A stretch of 64,000 nucleotides of DNA from a bacterium (GTDB lineage: Bacteria; Patescibacteriota; Minisyncoccia; Ryanbacterales; GWA2-47-10b), in the NCBI GenBank assembly GCA_027624915.1, contig JAQBTR010000002.1, positions 30,802 through 94,801 on the forward strand. Direction: 5' to 3'. The notes under the pieces are model-generated. The model worked only from the letters and a program-made list of their open reading frames with translations, ran no database searches and was not told the origin of the DNA. The position numbers and the translations under genes are program-made. Below are positions 57,127 through 64,000 of this stretch, in pieces (the stretch's first letter is position 1; each line of letters starts with the position of its first letter).

Positions 57127-57163
57127 CGACGTTTTAGTCGGAGTCCCGACTAAAACGTCGGGA
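57127..57163. repeat. REP-like palindrome
   Basis: CGACGTTTTAGTCGG-AGTC-CCGACTAAAACGTCG (perfect 15 bp); alternative TCCCGAC/GTCGGGA. Confidence 0.8.
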
Positions 57164-57215
57164 TAGTCGGCAACGGTGTTTTCTATCCGCCCATTGCATA
57201 GACGTAGTGAACTTT

Positions 57216-57280
57216 GTCCGCCTGTAGCTCAGTCGGTGGAGGTGAGTCTTCTGGGAGAAGACGAACCACTTTTAAGGGGA
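57216..57280 (+). repeat. Degenerate tRNA-Lys copy with hairpin inserted after the D-loop
   Basis: 22-bp exact GTCCGCCTGTAGCTCAGTCGGT + GTCTTCT-GGG-AGAAGAC + CCAC-TTTTAAG. Confidence 0.8.
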
Positions 57281-57321
57281 TTTGAAAATTTAATATAAAC
57301 TCGGATTATCGTTAGCAAAGT

Positions 57322-57394
57322 CCGCCTGTAGCTCAGTCGGTAGAGCAGCTCCCTTTTAAGGAGATGGTCGTAGGTTCGATTCCTACCAGGCGGA
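57322..57394 (+). tRNA. tRNA-Lys(TTT)
   Basis: CCGCCTG/CAGGCGG acceptor, CTTTTAA loop, GTAGG-TTCGATT-CCTAC; no encoded CCA. Confidence 0.9.
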
Positions 57395-57414
57395 CTTTGA
57401 ATGGGATAATCCGA

Positions 57415-57533
57415 GTTCGATTCCTACCAGGCGGACAAAATTCAGTACACTAAAACTCAGTCGGTGGAGAATAGGAGACATAGCAGGTCTCCTATTCCAC
57501 TTTTAAGAAGCTAGCCGTAGGTTCAGGGCGGAC
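57415..57533 (+). repeat. tRNA-Lys 3' duplicate plus second degenerate hairpin-interrupted copy
   Basis: GTTCGATTCCTACCAGGCGGAC (57415-57436); CTCAGTCGGTGGA-GAATAGGAGAC/GTCTCCTATTC-CACTTTTAAG...CGTAGGTTC..GGCGGAC. Confidence 0.8.
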
Positions 57534-57711
57534 GGGGTGATATGGTCAAAAAAAGTGCTATTGTGGTTCTGAAGTACAAAAGGAGCTGAAATGGACATAG
57601 TATATGATATGCTTAGAATGATCGGTACGGTAGACTACCCTGGTAAAAAGTAATTAAATAGCAACAACTTTCAGAACCTCTTTTCTGGTGGTTAGAACTT
57701 TTATGTGAAAA

Positions 57712-57739
57712 TTCAACGGCTCATATATGAGCCGTTGAA
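57712..57739. repeat. Palindrome TTCAACGGCTCA-N4-TGAGCCGTTGAA (copy 2)
   Basis: Arms identical to 51304-51331; loop TATA vs TTTT. Confidence 0.85.
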
Positions 57740-57752
57740 AATGAGCATGAGT

Positions 57753-57785
57753 AAAGCCCCGGGGCGCGAATGCCGCCGGGGCTTT
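57753..57785 (-). terminator. Intrinsic terminator of the minus-strand mini-operon
   Basis: AAAGCCCCGG...CCGGGGCTTT. Confidence 0.7.
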
Positions 57786-57815
57786 GTGGTTTTGGGTCCG
57801 TAGGTTCACAGACCT

Positions 57816-57917
57816 CTAGAAGATGAAGAATGGAAGTACGATGGAGATCACGGAGAGTATGATGAGGCCAATGACAGCAGCCGTCATCTCTTCTCGCCCC
57901 TCTCGGTCTCTATTCAT
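57816..57917 (-). CDS. 33-aa single-TM peptide; not in ORF track
   Basis: AAGGAG SD; MNRDREGREEMTAAVIGLIILSVISIVLPFFIF. Confidence 0.5.
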   Translation of the reverse strand: MNRDREGREEMTAAVIGLIILSVISIVLPFFIF

Positions 57918-57932
57918 TACTTCTCCTTGTCG

Positions 57933-58046
57933 TCAGTGAAGACCGCTGATGCTACTCACGAACTTGAAAAGTCCGTAGCAGACGGTCGAAAAACAGATCG
58001 TGATCACCCACATCATTCTCCGCATTTCTTTCTCTTCTCTGCTCAT
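57933..58046 (-). CDS. 37-aa single-TM peptide; not in ORF track
   Basis: GGAGG SD, ATGA overlap; MSREEKEMRRMMWVITICFSTVCYGLFKFVSSISGLH. Confidence 0.5.
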   Translation of the reverse strand: MSREEKEMRRMMWVITICFSTVCYGLFKFVSSISGLH

Positions 58047-58375
58047 GTGCACCTACCTCCGTTGTCGTTTCGAAGCACACAAGAAACCTCTCCACAGGAG
58101 ATCTTGATTTCGTAGACCTTCCTGTCGGCATGATTTACATGCCACGAAATGACGCTCGGAACTTCTCCCGGTAGCGCATCTCTAATTTCGTCTACCTTAG
58201 CAGAGTACGAAGACTCTCTATTCCAGATGAGCTCCTCGGCCCGTCGAAGTCGAGGTGCCGCCACCCAGTTGATCAGATTGTGGCACGCGACTCGGCTTGA
58301 ACGAACGTCGCCTAGATAGTCCAAAGCGAACCAAAGGCACATGAGAGCAACTGCAATGACTACAACCTTCTTCAT
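58043..58375 (-). CDS. Hypothetical exported/membrane-anchored protein
   Basis: GGAGG SD before ATG 58375; MKKVVVIAVALM hydrophobic N-terminus. Confidence 0.6.
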   Translation of the reverse strand: MKKVVVIAVALMCLWFALDYLGDVRSSRVACHNLINWVAAPRLRRAEELIWNRESSYSAKVDEIRDALPGEVPSVISWHVNHADRKVYEIKISCGEVSCVLRNDNGGRCT

Positions 58376-58433
58376 TCTTCCTCCAGTTGTGAACATGACT
58401 ACCATGGTCACGTGATTTGTACGGTTTGGGACT

Positions 58434-58461
58434 ATTATACTACTTTTAAGGTATTTGTCAA
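58434..58461 (-). promoter_or_regulatory. Consensus sigma70 promoter
   Basis: TTGACA-16 nt-TATAAT on the minus strand. Confidence 0.7.
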
Positions 58462-58676
58462 TCCTAAAACTAAGGTTGCTGTACAATATCATTTCCACTG
58501 CATTTCCCATTATTTTGGCTACATCCCAATAAAAATTTCTCTCCAATACCCAAGGCATTAAGTTCAAAATTTTTAGCTGTGACTCGCTCAAAATAATGAA
58601 AATTCACAAGGAAAGCATCTGGTACAACAAGCTCTGTACCTACCAAGCATTTTGAGCTTTTGTTAATCTCTACTTA

Positions 58677-59798
58677 ATGCGAAAAAATAACCTGCGAACT
58701 TGGGTAGAGGTAGACACTAAGGCCCTCGAAAAAAATTATCGTATCTTTCGGAGACTCACGGGTCGCAAAACAGCCTTGATGGCAGTTGCTAAGTCCAACG
58801 CGTATGGCCATTCTCTTCATGATTTTGCGCGAGTCATGCAAAAGTTTGGCGTGGATTGGATTGGGGCCGACTCTATAACAGAAGCTATAGCGCTACGCGA
58901 AGCAAAGATAAAGAAGCCGTTACTTGTGTTGGGCCATACCTTGCCTTTGAGATATAAAGAAGCTGCCGAAAATAATATCAGTGTTACTGTCTCCACACAC
59001 GAAGCGTTAGATGCAATCGTAAAGAAAACATTTTCTAAACCACTAAAGATCCACCTCAAAATAGACACGGGTATGTCGAGACAGGGGTTTTTTGTAGAAG
59101 ACTTGCCAGAAGTATTTGCAGAGCTCTCTCACAAGAAAGACAAAATAAAATTTGAAGGCATCTATACGCATTTTGCAGCTGCCAAAAACCCATCCTTTCC
59201 TTTTGATACACACAAACAGCTTGAGGTTTTTGACCGTGCCCTTAAGGCGGCCGAATTTGCTGGATTTAAAAATCTGATACGACATGCGGCCGCCACATCC
59301 GGCCTCATCGTGTTTCCAGAATCGAAGTTTGATATGGCACGTGTGGGGATTGGTATGTATGGTCTGTGGCCATCACGCGAAGTCGAAGCTGCTTTTTCTG
59401 ACCGAATAAAATTACAACCAGCTCTTACTTGGAAGGCTATTATTGGCGAGACCAAGACTCTCACAAAAGGAAGTGGCGTTGGGTACGACTTCACCGAAAA
59501 AGTTCAAAATGATATGCGCGTAGCCATTATTCCTATTGGGTATTGGCATGGATACCCACGAAAACTTTCAAGTATAGGCAGGGTAATAATAAAAGGTGGA
59601 GTAGCTCGCGTTGTTGGGCGTGTTTCAATGGACATGATTGTTGTCGATATTAGTGGTGTACCAAGCACTAAGGTGGGGGACGAGGTGATATTACTTGGAA
59701 AGGGCTTTTCGGCTGATGATTTTGCACTACTTTCTGATACAATAAACTATGAAGCGGTAACACAAATTAATCCTTTGATCCACCGCTTCTATAATTGA
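58677..59798 (+). CDS. alr: Alanine racemase
   Basis: AVAKSNAYGH, KIDTGM.R.G and GRVSMD. Confidence 0.95.
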   Translation: MRKNNLRTWVEVDTKALEKNYRIFRRLTGRKTALMAVAKSNAYGHSLHDFARVMQKFGVDWIGADSITEAIALREAKIKKPLLVLGHTLPLRYKEAAENNISVTVSTHEALDAIVKKTFSKPLKIHLKIDTGMSRQGFFVEDLPEVFAELSHKKDKIKFEGIYTHFAAAKNPSFPFDTHKQLEVFDRALKAAEFAGFKNLIRHAAATSGLIVFPESKFDMARVGIGMYGLWPSREVEAAFSDRIKLQPALTWKAIIGETKTLTKGSGVGYDFTEKVQNDMRVAIIPIGYWHGYPRKLSSIGRVIIKGGVARVVGRVSMDMIVVDISGVPSTKVGDEVILLGKGFSADDFALLSDTINYEAVTQINPLIHRFYN

Positions 59799-59884
59799 AA
59801 GTGAGGAGCGAATGAAAGTTTACTTTCATATCGTCCGAACGCATCAATTATATATTTATATACATATAATCTATACAAACATTT

Positions 59885-60164
59885 GTGGAAACAAAACAAT
59901 TTCAAAAACGTGTTGAGGATTTTGTATGTGAAAGGTGTGGCAATAAAATGACAGGTACTGGTTATACGAATCACTGCTCATGTAGATGAGAACCCCGGTG
60001 ATCGAGAGTCTCTATGTCACGGAATGATGGAACCCACAAGTGTCGACAAAAAAGGTGATGAGTACGTAATACAACATGTATGCAAGACATGCGGAAAAAT
60101 TATAAACAACAAGTCTGTACCCAACGACAATTTCGATATCATAATAGAGTTATCAAATAAATGA
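59885..60164 (+). pseudogene. RNHCP-domain zinc-ribbon gene, frameshifted
   Basis: Frame 1 ...FVCERCG...GYTNHC; after one extra nt (59978) frame 2 HVDENPGDR..CHGMMEP...HVCKTCG...DNFD. Confidence 0.75.
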
Positions 60165-60177
60165 GCTTAACAAAGGC

Positions 60178-60984
60178 GTGAGTATATTTTTAAAGGAGAT
60201 CCTTTACAACGGGCATTTACAATCGCTGGGAGTTGCTGGCCTTGTGTATATTTCTGGTGTCTATCTTTCAGTTGAGACACCGTTCATCGTCTATCTTTTG
60301 GTGTACAGTCTATTTCAGCTTATCTACAGGTTCGATGCTTTTTATGGAATGGCGCGTGATGAGTTAACTAACCATGCTCGTGTCGGATACTTGGGGTCGC
60401 ACAAAAGTTGGGCATACTCTGGTTTTTCCCTGTTCTTTATAATTTTTGTAAGTATTCTTGTGGTATCAAATGCGGGTACGATTTTGATATCTCTAGCGGT
60501 TCTTACGGCAGGAATCCTCTATCCGGTTATATTTAAAGACCTATCAAAATATATACCTCTTTTTAAGGATATATATGTATCAAGCGTGTTTGCCTTTTTT
60601 ACCATATTTCCTTTTATTGCCCTTGATATACCACTAAAAACATCTCTTGATATAAAATTACTGGCTTTGTTTGTTTTTCTTGAGTCTATGATTATGCAAA
60701 GCCTCTTAGATTTAAAAGACCTGGAGGGTGATTCACGCGATGAGTTAAAAACATTACCTGTATTACTTGGGTTTAACCGAACAGTTTTTGTGCTCACTCT
60801 TGCAAGCGTTGTCGTCCTACTCTTTTTTGGACTCACTCCACTACTTGTATTAGCAGTACCGGCACTCGTACTTAATCTTTTGTCAATTTATTTGATTACC
60901 AGTCAAAGGCGTTTTGGGTACACAGTAGCCGCATTTAAATTTATTGTTTTGGCTAGCTTATTTCTCTGGGCTCAATTCGTATGA
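60178..60984 (+). CDS. UbiA-family prenyltransferase-like membrane protein
   Basis: D.....D..N...R and DLKDLEGD....LKTLPV.LG Asp-rich motifs; multi-TM. Confidence 0.75.
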   Translation: MSIFLKEILYNGHLQSLGVAGLVYISGVYLSVETPFIVYLLVYSLFQLIYRFDAFYGMARDELTNHARVGYLGSHKSWAYSGFSLFFIIFVSILVVSNAGTILISLAVLTAGILYPVIFKDLSKYIPLFKDIYVSSVFAFFTIFPFIALDIPLKTSLDIKLLALFVFLESMIMQSLLDLKDLEGDSRDELKTLPVLLGFNRTVFVLTLASVVVLLFFGLTPLLVLAVPALVLNLLSIYLITSQRRFGYTVAAFKFIVLASLFLWAQFV

Positions 60985-62627
60985 TGTCTTTTTTTGAAAT
61001 AGGAACTGTAAACTTGCCGTTTTTTAACCAACTTGCCGTTTTAGTTATTAATATTGTTGGAATTTCACTAGTTCTTACAGTTGTTAACCACTTGTCATTT
61101 AGGGAGCGCATTACAAAGCTATTTATAGGCCTTGGTATTTTGATGCTGACCTGGATTGATTTTGCATACCTTGCGCGTTTAATTGGAGACAACAGTCTCT
61201 ACTGGTCAGAACTTTTCTTGCGAATTGCATGGATTGTGACGCCCCTTTTCTTTGCTTTCGTCTATTTGATAACAATTGACATACTCGGCCGTACAAAGCA
61301 GTACAGCTATCTAAATAACGGAGTAATATTTATTGGGCTCTCACTTAGCGTAGTAACTGCATTTACTGACGTAATAGTTTCAGGTGTGCAATTCTCCAGT
61401 GGTAACCTAGACATTCTTTACGGAGACGGATTTTATGTTTTTTTGGGAGCTATCCTTTTTATCATAATCGCAACCCTTATTCCGCTTTTTAGAGCGGATG
61501 TAGCACCAGACAGAAAAAATCGTGTGAGAGCGTTTGTGACAGGCATCGTGATATTTTATGTTGCCAACTTCATCTTTAATATCTTGCTCCCAGCGTTTTT
61601 GAACATTACACACCTATATTTCTTTGGCGACTATTCTCTGGTCTTTGTGGTTGGGCTCACAAGCTATGCGATACTCAAATATCAATTCTTAAATATTCGT
61701 GTAATTGGTACCGAACTCATTACGCTTACTCTTTGGCTCACTCTTTTTGTTCGAGCTCTTACTTCAGAAAATACACAGGATGGAATTATCAACACCAGTA
61801 TTTTGGTACTTGCTGTTATCCTTGGAATTTTACTTATCCGATCTGTTTTGGATGAGGTAAAAACACGTGAACGTATGCAAAAACTTGCACTGGACTTAGA
61901 TGTTGCAAACCACGATTTGAAACGCCTTGATCAAGCAAAGTCTGATTTTATTTCAATCGCCTCACACCAGTTGAGGACACCCCTGTCTATCATCAAGGGG
62001 TATATTTCGATGATTAGAGAGGGAACCTTTGGTGAATATGGGGAGTCGCTAAAAGACCCTATACATAAAGTATATGTATCAACAGAGCGATTGATAACAC
62101 TTGTAAGTGACCTTTTAGATTTGTCTCGTATGGAGCGAGGAAAAATGCAGTATAGTTTTCAAATTGTAAACATCATGGATGTCTTGGAGGGTCTTGTTAG
62201 TGACTTCGAGATTGTTGCTCGAGACAAGGGCCTTCAATTTATCTGGCGACCAGAGGACGTTACTTCAAAAATAAAGGGTGATCCAAATAAACTAAGGCAG
62301 GTTGTCCTCAACCTTATTGATAACGCAGTAAAATATACACGCGTTGGTAGCGTTACAGTAAAACTTTGGGAAGAAAAAGATTTTATAAAATTCTCTGTAA
62401 CAGATACAGGTCCTGGGCTGACCGAAGAAGAGGCAAATAAACTTTTTAAAAAGTTTATTCGTGGCCCAGAAGAATCCAAAGGACATACTGAAGGACTCGG
62501 ACTCGGACTGTATGTTGCTCGTTTGATAACAGAGGCACATGGTGGTGGTCTTTCGGTGACATCTCCTGGAAAGGGTCAAGGAGCGACCTTCATGCTCAGC
62601 CTTCCGACATACACCAGCTCCGATTAA
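60981..62627 (+). CDS. Multi-TM sensor histidine kinase
   Basis: ASHQLRTPL H-box, NLIDNAVKY, DTGPG and GLGLGL; N-terminal multi-TM input. Confidence 0.92.
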   Translation: MMSFFEIGTVNLPFFNQLAVLVINIVGISLVLTVVNHLSFRERITKLFIGLGILMLTWIDFAYLARLIGDNSLYWSELFLRIAWIVTPLFFAFVYLITIDILGRTKQYSYLNNGVIFIGLSLSVVTAFTDVIVSGVQFSSGNLDILYGDGFYVFLGAILFIIIATLIPLFRADVAPDRKNRVRAFVTGIVIFYVANFIFNILLPAFLNITHLYFFGDYSLVFVVGLTSYAILKYQFLNIRVIGTELITLTLWLTLFVRALTSENTQDGIINTSILVLAVILGILLIRSVLDEVKTRERMQKLALDLDVANHDLKRLDQAKSDFISIASHQLRTPLSIIKGYISMIREGTFGEYGESLKDPIHKVYVSTERLITLVSDLLDLSRMERGKMQYSFQIVNIMDVLEGLVSDFEIVARDKGLQFIWRPEDVTSKIKGDPNKLRQVVLNLIDNAVKYTRVGSVTVKLWEEKDFIKFSVTDTGPGLTEEEANKLFKKFIRGPEESKGHTEGLGLGLYVARLITEAHGGGLSVTSPGKGQGATFMLSLPTYTSSD

Positions 62628-62671
62628 TCGGTATACCAAAAAGAAGGCACTTTTGCTATGATGAGCTTATT

Positions 62672-64000
62672 ATGGCTCGAATTGCACTAGCAGATTGCCC
62701 AGATAAGGCGGGCAAAAAAGTAGAAGTGTCTGGATGGATTGATATTCGTCGAGACCATGGAAAACTTATATTTGTTGATTTGCGTGACGAAAGCGGGATT
62801 ATTCAGGCTGTAGTTACACCAAAACAAGAAGAAGCCCACAAAATAGCTGCCGAAATTCGTCCAGAGTGGGTGGTAACCCTAAGAGGGCTTATCAAGGAAC
62901 GACCAGAGGGTATGCGAAATAAAAACATACCAACAGGGAGTATCGAATTAGAAGTTCACGAGATTGAAGTGCTCAATGAGGCTGAAACTCCTCCATTTGA
63001 GATTTCAGGGGATGCGTATGACATATCCGAAGAAGTTCGGTTGCAATATAGATATATAGACTTAAGACGAGCGCGGTTACAAAAAAACCTTCGATTACGA
63101 TCAGATTTCTCACATAAGGTAAGACAGTATTTGCATGGCGAGGGCTTTACCGAAATCGAAACACCAAATTTTACCAAATCCACACCCGAGGGTTCACGGG
63201 ACTTTTTGGTACCCTCACGAATGCAACCGGGGCACTTTTATGCGCTCCCACAAAGCCCTCAGCAGTATAAACAACTTCTCATGTCGAGTGGCTTTGAAAA
63301 GTACTTTCAGTTAGCTCGATGTTTTAGAGATGAGGACCTCCGTGCTGACCGTTCGTTTGAACATACACAAGTTGATATGGAAATGAGTTTTGTAACTCGC
63401 GAACAAATAATGAAAGTTGTCGAAGATATGTACACTTCGGTCTGTGAAGACATGGGATACAAGATTAAAGAAAAACCTTTTCCTGTATTTACATACGCTG
63501 AGGCCATAAAAAAACACGGTGCTGACAAATTTGACCTCCGCGAAAACGAAAAAGAAAGTGGGATTCTCGCTTTTGCTTGGGTGATAGATTTTCCACTCTT
63601 CGAAAAGACTGATGACGACACGTGGACGTACAGCCACAATCCGTTTACTGGCCCAAAGCCAGAAGATGAAGAAAAATTAGCATCTGGAAAAGATATAGAA
63701 AAAATTATCTCACAGCAGTGCGACCTCGTTTGTAATGGCCATGAAGTTGGAGGTGGTGGAATACGAATTAATAAAGCTGAATTATTACAGAAGGTTTTTG
63801 AAATAATTGGACACTCACCAGAAAAAGTAGATGAGCAATTCGGTCACATACTCACAGCATTTAAACATGGTGCGCCACCAGAGGGTGGTATGGGGTTAGG
63901 TCTTGATAGAATGGTTGCGATTCTTGCGGGTGAGGTCTCACTGCGTGAAGTTCAGGCTTTTCCAACTACGTCAGGTGGACGAACTGCAGTTATGGAGGCT
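62672..64000 (+). CDS. aspS: Aspartate-tRNA ligase (partial, runs off window; lacks GAD insert)
   Basis: Manual translation: RRDHGK..F.DLRD, YALPQSPQQYKQLLM, CFRDEDLRADR and GLDR. Confidence 0.93.
   Translation, partial: MARIALADCPDKAGKKVEVSGWIDIRRDHGKLIFVDLRDESGIIQAVVTPKQEEAHKIAAEIRPEWVVTLRGLIKERPEGMRNKNIPTGSIELEVHEIEVLNEAETPPFEISGDAYDISEEVRLQYRYIDLRRARLQKNLRLRSDFSHKVRQYLHGEGFTEIETPNFTKSTPEGSRDFLVPSRMQPGHFYALPQSPQQYKQLLMSSGFEKYFQLARCFRDEDLRADRSFEHTQVDMEMSFVTREQIMKVVEDMYTSVCEDMGYKIKEKPFPVFTYAEAIKKHGADKFDLRENEKESGILAFAWVIDFPLFEKTDDDTWTYSHNPFTGPKPEDEEKLASGKDIEKIISQQCDLVCNGHEVGGGGIRINKAELLQKVFEIIGHSPEKVDEQFGHILTAFKHGAPPEGGMGLGLDRMVAILAGEVSLREVQAFPTTSGGRTAVMEA

Noticed and set aside
57216..57280. 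Intron-containing or split functional tRNA-Lys
   Set aside because: Removing the hairpin does not restore the D-stem 3' strand, and the T-arm and acceptor 3' strand are missing.
62956..63639. Minus-strand ORFs at the window end
   Set aside because: Antisense shadows of aspS, which is missing from the track only because it runs off the window.

Overview
Core-chromosome segment of a small-genome bacterium, most consistent with Patescibacteria/CPR (Parcubacteria-like). Signs of this are the split transketolase, shortened RF1, EF-Ts, AlaRS, AspRS and HrcA, an FtsA-like plus baseplate-J-like pair, and many -10 boxes sitting 6-7 nt before ATG. The genetic code is standard (TGA, TAG and TAA all end conserved genes). 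It carries sugar-phosphate metabolism, an ArsR-led Fe-S/oxidative-stress block, clpB, six tRNAs, guaB, the infA-rpsI ribosomal block, a CIRCE-controlled hrcA-grpE-dnaK-dnaJ operon, alr and a partial aspS. The most unusual signals are non-coding. (i) Five of the six tRNA genes are flanked by partial copies of themselves. Most copies are interrupted at the D-loop or T-loop by modular hairpins, and four share a covarying TGAT(A/G)(G/A)G-loop hairpin. (ii) A fold-back element occurs twice, with identical 14-nt motifs flanking unrelated 16-nt inserts. (iii) A second homologous fold-back family and other stop-codon-anchored inverted repeats fill whole intergenic spaces. Notable proteins are a single-chain FAD-Rieske-MsrQ-like-DM13 fusion, an 864-878 aa tandem metallophosphoesterase/wHTH protein, and a SET-cupredoxin x2-DUF2156 x2-PurD-like gene run. 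All family calls come from motif recognition only; no database search was run.
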